A stretch of DNA of 64,000 nucleotides from the NCBI GenBank assembly GCA_045612105.1, contig JAZKYL010000113.1, forward strand, positions 122,315 through 186,314. The letters are read 5' to 3'. How positions within the stretch are numbered: the stretch's first letter is position 1; every line of letters starts with the position of its first letter. A program made the translations under genes and the position numbers. Positions 1 to 8,997 of the stretch are shown here, one piece after another. A model generated the notes under the pieces. That model saw only the letters and a list, made by a program, of their open reading frames with translations. It was not told where the DNA came from and made no database searches. The DNA is from Eubacteriales bacterium (GTDB lineage: Bacteria > Bacillota > Clostridia > Oscillospirales > CAG-272).

Positions 1-52
1 AAAATTTCAAAATATTTTACCGCAATCTGCTGAAATAATAATTGATTCGGAT

Positions 53-613
53 ATGCATTATAAGCAGTATACATGTCGTATGGAAGATCTTTCGAATATG
101 AATACAATATTAGATAAGTTGATAACTTTATTAGGTAACGATGTTGTTGATTCATTTGTTGATAAAAAAGCCATGGAAGAAATGATACATTGTATAGATA
201 ATTATCCCGAAAAGCTTCAAATAGAAAGAATCAACTTTTCTGTTGTTAACAAAGAATATGACGTTACTACTTCGGTCTGTTTTGACAGAAACGGAAAATA
301 TACGTATAAACAAACAGAATTAGGCAATATCAAAAACGTTTTAGGAAATGGTGAAATTGACAAAATAATATGGAAAGATTTTGAAGTATTGTGTGCAACA
401 AACTACACAATTTATAAAAATCAAGAATTCAATCCTCGAAGCAAAAAGTTTTGGCATATAAGAATTCAATATGTAAATGGTAAAAGCTTTGAATATAAAT
501 CATCTTATTTTGATATTGAAGGATACCATATATTTCATGATTGTTTTGGAAAATATATAGACGCACCGCCACAAAATGCAGAAGAAACATTTACCATTGT
601 AGGTGAATGGTAA
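53..613 (+). CDS. hypothetical protein, no recognisable domain
   Basis: Only long ORF in a markedly AT-rich stretch; a hairpin terminator follows; no motif I recognise. Confidence 0.5.
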   Translation: MHYKQYTCRMEDLSNMNTILDKLITLLGNDVVDSFVDKKAMEEMIHCIDNYPEKLQIERINFSVVNKEYDVTTSVCFDRNGKYTYKQTELGNIKNVLGNGEIDKIIWKDFEVLCATNYTIYKNQEFNPRSKKFWHIRIQYVNGKSFEYKSSYFDIEGYHIFHDCFGKYIDAPPQNAEETFTIVGEW

Positions 614-802
614 TATTGAAAAGTAGAAATTCACCACCTTGTATAACTCGCACGATAAAAAAATAATAAAATCTCTTGGAAGCACACAATGTGTAAATCG
701 TAGAATTGTTTTTTCGCCCAACGGGCTTAATTACGACTAATCTCCAAACCACAAGGTTGTTTGTGCTAATGTTCTGATTCCCGAAGTTTAGTTTTACATT
801 AT

Positions 803-832
803 TAGGGCAGACCAAATCGGTCTGCCCTTTTG
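803..832 (+). terminator. intrinsic terminator hairpin
   Basis: AGGGCAGACC-aaatc-GGTCTGCCCT followed by TTT. Confidence 0.6.
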
Positions 833-845
833 GCACCCTCAACGA

Positions 846-906
846 TTTCTTAACTCAAATTAAGAACTTTCTTAAAAATTTTTAAGAAGCCTTAAATCGG
901 TTTAAG
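846..906. promoter_or_regulatory. three adjacent CTTAA/TTAAG-based palindromes (candidate operator cluster)
   Basis: Three back-to-back palindromes: TTCTTAA-n6-TTAAGAA, CTTTCTTAAAAA/TTTTTAAGAAG and CTTAAA-tcgg-TTTAAG. They lie upstream of the 989 membrane gene. Confidence 0.3.
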
Positions 907-988
907 ATTTATTGACTTTGCCCAAATTTTGTTTTAAGATATATTCGATAAGTTTTATGACAAGATTTGACAAGAAGGTGAATGACTT

Positions 989-1882
989 ATGATAATTCAA
1001 ATGTTCAACGGGTGGTACTTTTTCTGGATATGTTTGCTAACTCTCATAACCATAGGGTTATATTTTCTATTGAGAAACAAAAGCAAGGCGGTGCAGAGAG
1101 GTGTTCTTTTTTCATTGCTCGTGATCGGTTTCTTATTACACTTTTTAAAAGTATATATCCCACCGTATTCCGTTGATGAGGCGAGAATGCTGCGTGACGC
1201 GTGGTTTGTCAATATCTGCGCCGCGAATATTGCGCTCTTTCCGTTTTTCTTTTTCTCAAAGAATGAAAAAATTTGGGATTATATGTTCTATATTGGTGTT
1301 ATCAGCGGTTTGATCGCTATCTTTTATCCGCAGGAGCCTATGGCAAAGATTGATCAGCTTGCCGAGCAGCTTGATATAATCAGATTCTACTATCACCATT
1401 GGATGCTCCTGGCGGTTCCGCTACTTTCGGTTCTTTTCAGGCATCACAAGCTTTCCTATAAGAGAGTGTTTGTAGCTCCCACGGGGCTTATGCTGCTGAT
1501 GCTCTTTATAATGCTCAATCAGATCTTCCAATCAGAGCTTGGCTTTATTCCTTTGAGAAACGACAGCGATTTCTACCATATAAATTATAAAAACACGTCA
1601 TATATATGGGGACCGGGTGAAAACGATGCTATCGGTGAGTTCTTGGCAATGTTTTGCCCGAAGATATTCAAGACGGTTCCCGTAGGGGAATATGCGGGTG
1701 CTGTGAAATATTGGCCTTGGTTCTGGATACTTGTTCCCGCGTATATACTTGTTCCTGTTCTTGCTTTTTTGGTAGCTCTTCCTTTTGAAGCCAAGCATTT
1801 TGCGGCAGATTGCAAGGCATTGGCTGAAAAAGTAAAGACACATTTTCATTCAAACAATAACAAATTAGCTCATCATCATTAA
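989..1882 (+). CDS. polytopic integral membrane protein (tentatively YwaF/TIGR02206-like)
   Basis: Multiple hydrophobic helices; AAGGTG about 10 nt upstream of the ATG. General resemblance to the 33811..34551 membrane protein; the family call is tentative. Confidence 0.6.
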   Translation: MIIQMFNGWYFFWICLLTLITIGLYFLLRNKSKAVQRGVLFSLLVIGFLLHFLKVYIPPYSVDEARMLRDAWFVNICAANIALFPFFFFSKNEKIWDYMFYIGVISGLIAIFYPQEPMAKIDQLAEQLDIIRFYYHHWMLLAVPLLSVLFRHHKLSYKRVFVAPTGLMLLMLFIMLNQIFQSELGFIPLRNDSDFYHINYKNTSYIWGPGENDAIGEFLAMFCPKIFKTVPVGEYAGAVKYWPWFWILVPAYILVPVLAFLVALPFEAKHFAADCKALAEKVKTHFHSNNNKLAHHH

Positions 1883-1888
1883 ATATTA

Positions 1889-1917
1889 CAAAAAATCCGC
1901 CTTTTGGCGGATTTTTT
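1889..1917. terminator. bidirectional intrinsic terminator
   Basis: AAAAAATCCGCC-tttt-GGCGGATTTTTT lies between convergent genes. Confidence 0.8.
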
Positions 1918-1930
1918 GTATATTGGTATA

Positions 1931-4900
1931 TTAGAATTTGATTACTTTAACGGAAACGTCTGTGAAATCGGTTTTGATACTCGTTATATTACCATATTGG
2001 GCAACATTAAGCATTCCTGTGCCAATACCCTGAACTTTAATTCCGTCTTTCGTTATCTCAAGCACGTCGCACTCTTCACTGTCAAACCAAGCGGCAACGT
2101 TACCCGAAGCAACAGCCTTTATCATTGTTCCGTAGCGAACGTTAACAGGATATTCGTATTCGCCTACTCGAAGGGTGGCAGTATGAGTGGGAGCAGAAGC
2201 ATCGAACCAGTCGATTGCAAGGAAATAGATATGCTTCGAGCCGTCCTCTTGACCGTATATCGCAAACTGCACTATATCGTCGCCGCGCGCCCAGATTCTT
2301 TCCTCTGAGAAGATCGTCTTGGAGATCTCGGCGATAAAATTCTTCACCACCGCGTAAATTGCAGAATTTCCCGCGTATTCAAGGGTGTTGAGAAGATAAA
2401 CTTTACCGTCACCAAGATTTATCTCGTAAATCAGAGCGTTTCCGTTGTCTGTCTGTTTCAGAACAGTAGCGCCTTCGGGTATATTCTCGTTGACGCGAAC
2501 CGCGTTACCGTCAACTGTATCCTCAACAAAGTTTATCTCAGGTGCAATATATTGGATAAAGGAATGATCGATATAATCGAGATTATAATTCTCAATATCG
2601 GCTCTCAAGGTGGTAGTAGACAACTGCGCAAGACCTATAAAGAGCCTTCCACCGCCCCAAACATAGCCCTCAAGCTTGTCCATATCCTCACTAAGCGCCT
2701 TGTTGTAACCGACAGTGCAGAGAAGTTTGTAGCCATCAAAATCCTTTGCCTCAATAGGAAGAATATCAACGCCGCCCATGGGTGTGCCGCTATAAAATCC
2801 GACGGGCTTATCCTTTGGACAAGGGTGACGGTAGAGCGCGCCGTGTCTGCTTTGAGGATAGAATACGTCAAGCATATCCCATGCGTTTTCGGGGTCACCG
2901 TATTGCATATCGTTACGACCCCAAAGCGATGTCTTTGCGCCGAACATCTTCCAGCCGTCATATCTTCCGTTCAAGATTGCCACGGGTGTATAGAAGCTTC
3001 CGCTTCTGGTGTGGGTCGTTACGTATCTGTTAAAGTCCTTGTGCTCCTTCAAGTGGTCGAGACAAGCAGGGGAGAAACGGTTGTGGTAGGCAAAATACTC
3101 CTCCATTCTCCAAAGTCCCTCCTCGGTGTTTATCTCGTCCACACCCTGCATATAGGTGTTGTAAAGAGCCAAACGGTAACGCTTCGAATGCTCAGCGGCA
3201 TCGTGAGGTGTGGTCGACCACTGGGTCGCCAAATGTCCTCCGATTTTGCCACCGTAAACCCTCGCCGAGCCTCTGAGAGCCGCGCAGGTAACCTCGTTTG
3301 AGGAATACATAAGCTCAGCACCCGTCCAGGAATATCCCGCCTGATAGAAATATTTGAACAATGTTGCAGGGCCCGTGTGTCTCGTTGAACCGTCGCGGCT
3401 GGCGGCGAGGCTATTTACAACGAAATTCGCAAGAGCCTCCATATCGCGCGGTATCGTATGGTCGCGGCAAACTTCAAGCTTTCCGCCTCTTTCATAGTAG
3501 GTATCGTGGGAATATCGCACGTTCATTCTTTCGTTATCATTCATAAAGAATCGCACGAAAAGATCGTTAAACATCTGCTCGTTGAGGTTATCGGAAGCAT
3601 CTTTCCCAACTCTGCTCCAATAAACGTAAGCACCGTCAAGCTCGTGGGTCTGTCTGCCCAGGAAGCCATCCGACTCCATTTCCGCAAAGGTAGGGTTAGC
3701 GTTACAGCCCTGAAGCTCGCGTCCGTCTCTCATGTGAGCGTATTTGATTCCAAGAGACTTGAGGAGATCGGCGGTCTCGCGCCAGAGCTTGCCGTCAGCC
3801 GCCCTTGAGCCGCACCAACGATAGGTGGGACGAACGGTGAGAAGCTTGCCTATGTCGTTTGAAAGATACCAAGCGATATAATTCTCAAAATCTCTCTTGT
3901 TCTGATTGATATATACCATATCGCCCGTGCCCGTGATAACACCGTCGTCACCACGCTCAACGCAACGAGCAATATTGCACTCAACTCTGCCGCATTCGCA
4001 AACAAGAGCAAAGAACAGATCATTCTGTGGCTCGTTGCAGATGAATTTAAGCACGTTAAGTCCTGCTTTTCCGCATTTAAGCTCATCGCAGGCACTTATT
4101 GAATCGGGGGCATCGAGAGTGAAGGCTACACCATCCCTTTCGGTCTTAAGCAGGACGGGGAATTCCTCGCCCACACTCACCACCTCGGGACACCACAAAA
4201 GCATATCCCGTCTGACAGACACGATACCAAGCTCGTGCAAATTATAGGGCGCGACATCTCTGTAATCGCTTGTATGGGTTATTTCAAGAGTATTTTTGCC
4301 CTCTTTCGCCACACCGCGAGGGATAGAAAACTCCCACTCGGAATAGCGGTGGCATCTTTCAAAAATCTCACCGTCATAAATTGTCTCGCCGTTAAGCTTT
4401 ACGGTAAAGCTTGGCCATTCTACCTTTGAGAGGTTAACTCCAAGCCAGTTAAACTCAGGCTTGTCCTGCAAAAAGGGAATAAAATCGTGAAGTAGGCTCA
4501 CATCGTTTTCGGAACAGAAATAAGGCTTTTCAAAGAAAACTCTGCCCGAATAATGCATACCCTCAAGATATACGCAAACGTTGGCAATAGGAGCGGTTAC
4601 CTTTTCGAATGCCGCTTCAAAATCGCTCCAGTCGTAGCTGCCTTCGGGAATATCAATAGTTACCGTCAGGTCGGGCTTCGTGTAAGCCAAACGCTTGTCT
4701 ACACCCTTTGAATATCTTATCTCGACCAAAAGGTGAAGATAACCGTCCTCGTGAATCTTAAGGTCTTCTGCCTTTGCCGAAATGCCCGTGCGCCAGATAG
4801 AGCCGCTTCCGTAGTAGCGAGGCCACCAAAGTATCTTGTGATATGCGATCTTGGGATAATCAAAATTATCCGCACTCATATCAAGTGCAAATCGAGTCTT

Positions 4901-5128
4901 ATTTGCTTCAGCAGAAGAAAGGGAATCGTCGATCCTTCTGTAAAGGTATTGATAGTCGGGCTCGGTCTTCCAGTTATAGAAAAGCGCGGTCTCGCCCGTC
5001 ATAAAAATGCGGTCTGCGGCTTCTGCATCCTCGATCTCAAAATCAAGAGAATAGCTTCTTCCGGGTCGCAGGGAAATATCCTTGTCCTGCTCACAATGGA
5101 GAATTCTTTTGTAGCTTTCAAAATTCAT
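1931..5128 (-). CDS. 1065-aa uncharacterised cytoplasmic protein, putative glycoside-hydrolase-like
   Basis: Uninterrupted ORF 15 nt downstream of the dehydrogenase gene, with no signal peptide. The segment 'YKLLCTVGYNKALSEDMDKLEGYVWGGGRLF' resembles the GATase1-like middle domain of GH42-type enzymes. Family not recognised. Confidence 0.55.
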   Translation of the reverse strand: MNFESYKRILHCEQDKDISLRPGRSYSLDFEIEDAEAADRIFMTGETALFYNWKTEPDYQYLYRRIDDSLSSAEANKTRFALDMSADNFDYPKIAYHKILWWPRYYGSGSIWRTGISAKAEDLKIHEDGYLHLLVEIRYSKGVDKRLAYTKPDLTVTIDIPEGSYDWSDFEAAFEKVTAPIANVCVYLEGMHYSGRVFFEKPYFCSENDVSLLHDFIPFLQDKPEFNWLGVNLSKVEWPSFTVKLNGETIYDGEIFERCHRYSEWEFSIPRGVAKEGKNTLEITHTSDYRDVAPYNLHELGIVSVRRDMLLWCPEVVSVGEEFPVLLKTERDGVAFTLDAPDSISACDELKCGKAGLNVLKFICNEPQNDLFFALVCECGRVECNIARCVERGDDGVITGTGDMVYINQNKRDFENYIAWYLSNDIGKLLTVRPTYRWCGSRAADGKLWRETADLLKSLGIKYAHMRDGRELQGCNANPTFAEMESDGFLGRQTHELDGAYVYWSRVGKDASDNLNEQMFNDLFVRFFMNDNERMNVRYSHDTYYERGGKLEVCRDHTIPRDMEALANFVVNSLAASRDGSTRHTGPATLFKYFYQAGYSWTGAELMYSSNEVTCAALRGSARVYGGKIGGHLATQWSTTPHDAAEHSKRYRLALYNTYMQGVDEINTEEGLWRMEEYFAYHNRFSPACLDHLKEHKDFNRYVTTHTRSGSFYTPVAILNGRYDGWKMFGAKTSLWGRNDMQYGDPENAWDMLDVFYPQSRHGALYRHPCPKDKPVGFYSGTPMGGVDILPIEAKDFDGYKLLCTVGYNKALSEDMDKLEGYVWGGGRLFIGLAQLSTTTLRADIENYNLDYIDHSFIQYIAPEINFVEDTVDGNAVRVNENIPEGATVLKQTDNGNALIYEINLGDGKVYLLNTLEYAGNSAIYAVVKNFIAEISKTIFSEERIWARGDDIVQFAIYGQEDGSKHIYFLAIDWFDASAPTHTATLRVGEYEYPVNVRYGTMIKAVASGNVAAWFDSEECDVLEITKDGIKVQGIGTGMLNVAQYGNITSIKTDFTDVSVKVIKF

Positions 5129-5143
5129 AATAAGCCTCCGGCT

Positions 5144-6100
5144 TTAAAGTTTATTAACTATGCTGTGCGGTTTCTCGCCTTTAAGATAACGAACAACGTT
5201 ATCTCCAACCTCCTCGTGGATGGCGGTAACAGCAACGTCGGTATTCCAGGCAACGTGAGGGGTAAGAACGGCATTATGATAATTTACAATTCTCTCGTCA
5301 ACCGGTGAGTTTTCGTCCTCGAAAACGTCAAGCCCGACACCCGCGATCAGCTTTTCTTCAAGGGCTTCTATAAGCTCTTTTTCGTTTATGATCGCACCTC
5401 TGCTCGTATTTATAAGTATAGCAGTTTTTTTCATTTTTGTAAAGAGATTTTTGCCAAATAAATGGCGAGTGGTTTCGTTCAAAGGCAGGTGGAGCGACAC
5501 AAAATCGGCATTTGAAAGAAGCTCTTCAAGATCAACCTTTTTCGCATTAAATTCCGCGACTGTGTCCTCGGAAACGTAAGGATCGTAAACTAAAGCATTC
5601 ATACAAAGACCGTTGGTCATTTTACAAAGTGCTTTTCCGATATTGCCAAAGCCGACAAAGCCGATAGTTTTGACTGCAAGTCTCAAAAACGGAGGCATAC
5701 CCGGACCCCATAAGCCTTCTTTGACCCTGTCGTGCATTTTTACCGTCATTTTTGCCGTGGCAAATATAAGCGACAGCGCGTGCTCGGCAACGTCCAAAAC
5801 ACCGTAATTCGGAGCGTTGCAAACGAATATTCCGCGCTTTGCGGCAGCCTCAAGGTCAACGTTATCGTAACCTATGCCGTAACGTATTATTAGCTTACAT
5901 TTTTCAAGGGAACTTATAACCCTCTCATTCATTTTTGTTGCGGTAAAGAGAACTACCTCTGCGTCGCGTATAGCCTCGATTACTTCATCCTCGGTTTCGG
6001 CAGGAGATACTATAAACTCAACGTCGTCAAACTGCTTGAACACCTCCGTCTCATAGCTGTAGCTACTTGATTCTTTATTGAAAACAACGATTTTTCTCAT
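5144..6100 (-). CDS. D-isomer-specific 2-hydroxyacid dehydrogenase family (NAD-binding)
   Basis: GFVGFGNIGKA Rossmann motif, GLDVFEDE and TPHVAW (catalytic His) motifs. Confidence 0.85.
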   Translation of the reverse strand: MRKIVVFNKESSSYSYETEVFKQFDDVEFIVSPAETEDEVIEAIRDAEVVLFTATKMNERVISSLEKCKLIIRYGIGYDNVDLEAAAKRGIFVCNAPNYGVLDVAEHALSLIFATAKMTVKMHDRVKEGLWGPGMPPFLRLAVKTIGFVGFGNIGKALCKMTNGLCMNALVYDPYVSEDTVAEFNAKKVDLEELLSNADFVSLHLPLNETTRHLFGKNLFTKMKKTAILINTSRGAIINEKELIEALEEKLIAGVGLDVFEDENSPVDERIVNYHNAVLTPHVAWNTDVAVTAIHEEVGDNVVRYLKGEKPHSIVNKL

Positions 6101-6116
6101 AAAAGTTAACTCCGTA

Positions 6117-6998
6117 TTATTTTAAATATACTCTTTTTGCGTTCTCTCCCATAACTTGAGGCAATTCGGCTTTTGTAAATATTCCGCTTTCCTCTACTCG
6201 GTCGATAAGCTGCTTATAGGTAAATTTGCATAGCACTCCGGGAATATCTGTACCCCAAAGCATTCGCTCTGCACCTATTACTTTTTTTAAGGATCTCAAA
6301 TAATCGGCTTGGGATTCAAGAGATAAATTTGCAAAATCCATTACAAAATTATCTCCCGTAAGGCTTTTGGCAAACTCCAAACGCATTTCATTTTTACCGT
6401 CATTGTTAGGGAAGAAACAATGGGTCATAACGAACAGAACGTTCCTATATCTTTCGACTATTGTTTTAAAACCTTCAAAATCAAAGCTCGGCATACTCAT
6501 AGTTCCCATATCGATAGCGACTGTCAATCCAAGAGCATCCGCTTTTTCAAGAAGATGGCAGAAAGCCTCATCGGTCAGTTTCAGATCACTGTGAAAGCCC
6601 GAAAGCCCCCATTCCGAGGATATCTCAAATTTTAATGCCTTGAATCTGTATCTTTCGATCAGATTGTCAAATATTTTATCGGCATAGAGGGCATAAGGGT
6701 CAATAGCTCCTACCGCAGTCAGCTTTTCGGGATATTTCGCCGCCGACTCTGCCATATAATCGTTATGAAAGCCATAGTTACCTCCTTGAAGAAGCACTGC
6801 GTGGTCAATGCCGTTCTCGTCCATTAACCCGATCAAAGTTTCGGCATGAAACCCTGTATCGCCGTACTCGGCAGGGAAGAATTGCTCAACGTGACCCGTT
6901 GCCCAAACACCTTTTCCTCCGCCTAAGGGACGAAATTCACCCTTTGCTCCGTACCCCTTGAGTATCTCGTAAACATGCGCGTGCGCATCAATTATCAT
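6117..6998 (-). CDS. amidohydrolase_2 (PF04909-type) metal-dependent hydrolase / sugar-lactonase-like
   Basis: N-terminal MIIDAHAHV metal-binding motif. Length and TIM-barrel-type pattern are typical of LigI/fuconolactonase relatives. Confidence 0.75.
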   Translation of the reverse strand: MIIDAHAHVYEILKGYGAKGEFRPLGGGKGVWATGHVEQFFPAEYGDTGFHAETLIGLMDENGIDHAVLLQGGNYGFHNDYMAESAAKYPEKLTAVGAIDPYALYADKIFDNLIERYRFKALKFEISSEWGLSGFHSDLKLTDEAFCHLLEKADALGLTVAIDMGTMSMPSFDFEGFKTIVERYRNVLFVMTHCFFPNNDGKNEMRLEFAKSLTGDNFVMDFANLSLESQADYLRSLKKVIGAERMLWGTDIPGVLCKFTYKQLIDRVEESGIFTKAELPQVMGENAKRVYLK

Positions 6999-7013
6999 AA
7001 TAATACCCCCTCT

Positions 7014-7784
7014 TTAAAGCGAGTCGATTAATGCTTTAACACGTCTTGCTTCTGCCATAAGCATTCCAAGCTCGGTGTTGACCCAGAAAATATTCATTCC
7101 TTCACTGTGCCATTTGGTCATAGCCGCGTCGCCGCCCATAAAGATTCCGGCGCTTTTACCATGGGCGTTACTGACTCGGATAACCTTGCGTATATAATCA
7201 TCGTAGGTAGTATCGGGCTTTTGACAGTCAAATGTGGGATAACCCATTGCTGCTTCAAGATCGTTAGGACCAACGATCACCCCCGCTATGTGCTCGCCGT
7301 ATCTCGTAAGCATATCATCAAGCAGGTCTATTCCCTGAGGGGACTCCATCTGCAAAAAAAGAAGTCTGTTTCTGTTAAATTCGGCTATAGTCTCGCCCTT
7401 TCGGAGACAAGCTCTGCCGCCAACTCCCTTTTTGCCGTATGGAGGCATACGCAGTGAGCGGATAGCTGTTTCAACTTGCTCAAAGGTCTCTGTGCGGGGA
7501 ATAAGCACACCGTCAGCACCCATATCGATACACTTCGAGATACAGTGATATTCGCAATCCTGAACTCTTGCAATAAGAGGAATATCGGCTATTCTACAGG
7601 CCTGTCCCAAATCCCCGAGTATTTCGGGATAAAAAGCACCGTGTTCAAGGTCTGCCAAGATAAAGTCAACTCCGCAATTCTTATATACCTCGGGAAGTCT
7701 CGTATTGTTCCACTCGCAGAGCATAGTTGAATAGATCTTCTCGCCATTTTGCAATTTTTCTTTTAATTTCTCAATACCGCTCAT
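7014..7784 (-). CDS. HpcH/HpaI-family aldolase (2-keto-3-deoxy-sugar-acid aldolase-like)
   Basis: DLEHG, ARVQ, PPYGKKGVG and GPNDL motifs characteristic of class II pyruvate aldolases (YfaU/HpaI). Confidence 0.8.
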   Translation of the reverse strand: MSGIEKLKEKLQNGEKIYSTMLCEWNNTRLPEVYKNCGVDFILADLEHGAFYPEILGDLGQACRIADIPLIARVQDCEYHCISKCIDMGADGVLIPRTETFEQVETAIRSLRMPPYGKKGVGGRACLRKGETIAEFNRNRLLFLQMESPQGIDLLDDMLTRYGEHIAGVIVGPNDLEAAMGYPTFDCQKPDTTYDDYIRKVIRVSNAHGKSAGIFMGGDAAMTKWHSEGMNIFWVNTELGMLMAEARRVKALIDSL

Positions 7785-7950
7785 AATTTTTTGCCTACCT
7801 TTCGGAAATCTATTGATTTTAATCGAAAAATGTGTTAAAGTATCTTATAAACACTACCTAAATTATACATAAACAAAGATAGATTTTTAAGTGAGAATGA
7901 TACGTAAAAATTGAACTATCTTCCGAGAGAATATGTATTTGGAGGAATTT

Positions 7951-8823
7951 ATGTCAAGTGAAAGAGAACTTATACGAGTAAATAGCTTTTATACCGTGAA
8001 TTTTTTTGACCTTTCGCCGTTTTTTCATACTAATTTTCATAATCACGACTGCTGGGAGCTATTCTACGTTGACAGCGGCGAGGTTAATTGCATTACTGAG
8101 AGCGATAGCAGAATACTGAAGGCGGGGGACGTGATATTTCACTGTCCCGGATCTGTACATAATACAGTTTGTAACGGTAAGAGAGCCGCCGCTATATTTA
8201 ACGTCCTTTTTTTCATCGATTCACCGGCGATGGAGTTTCTGAGCGGAAAAAGCCTGAAGGTTCCGGAAAAGCTGTTACCTACTCTAAGGAATTTTATAAA
8301 CGAGTGCAATAAGACCTACTTGGTTTCGGAGCATCCATTGAAATCGAAAAAGAAGGCACCTTTTGGCGGGGAACAGCTTTCACGGATATATCTTGAAGAA
8401 TTTCTTTTACTTATGATAAGAGTGCTTCAAAATGATAATCAAACCGAACACTACGCAGCTGAAAACGATACAGATAACGTTCTTATTGATGATATTTGCG
8501 AATTTTTGTCCGAAAACGTTTATAATACGGTAACTTTGAGGGATCTATGTGAAAGATTTCACTTTGGTAAAAGCTATCTTTCGGAGCAGTTTAAAAAATG
8601 CAAAGGTTCTTCAATAATGAGCTTCTTTCTCGGTCTAAAACTGGCAGAAGCCAAAAGAATGCTTCGAGAAGAAAATCTTACCATTGGGCAAATATCTGAA
8701 AAATTGGGATTTGAGAGTCCCGAGTATTTTTCAAGGTATTTCAAAAAAAGAGTAGGGCATTCGCCGAGAGATTTCAGAAAAATGCTGATAAATAATGCGT
8801 CTTTGAAGAAAAAAGAACTGTAA
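7951..8823 (+). CDS. AraC-family transcriptional regulator (cupin + HTH)
   Basis: N-terminal cupin-like domain; C-terminal AraC HTH (…GFESPEYFSRYFKKRVGHSPRDFR). GGAGG SD precedes the ATG at 7951; the track ORF starts at 7933. Confidence 0.9.
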   Translation: MSSERELIRVNSFYTVNFFDLSPFFHTNFHNHDCWELFYVDSGEVNCITESDSRILKAGDVIFHCPGSVHNTVCNGKRAAAIFNVLFFIDSPAMEFLSGKSLKVPEKLLPTLRNFINECNKTYLVSEHPLKSKKKAPFGGEQLSRIYLEEFLLLMIRVLQNDNQTEHYAAENDTDNVLIDDICEFLSENVYNTVTLRDLCERFHFGKSYLSEQFKKCKGSSIMSFFLGLKLAEAKRMLREENLTIGQISEKLGFESPEYFSRYFKKRVGHSPRDFRKMLINNASLKKKEL

Positions 8824-8997
8824 ATTACGTAAAATTCTCTGATTTTTGAGCAAAAATCGCCAATATTTTATCGATTTTACGGCACATTTTATCAATTTGT
8901 CATTGTATAACAACTTCTTGTTTGATATAATTTAAATATAAAAGTGTGCATTTGCTCATGATTTATTAAGAAATAATTTTTTGGAGGTAAAAATATT

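Noticed and set aside
989-1882. Recent duplication of the two YwaF-like membrane genes (989..1882 and 33811..34551)
   Set aside because: The proteins share only general topology and a loosely similar motif. There is no DNA-level similarity, so at most they are distant family members.
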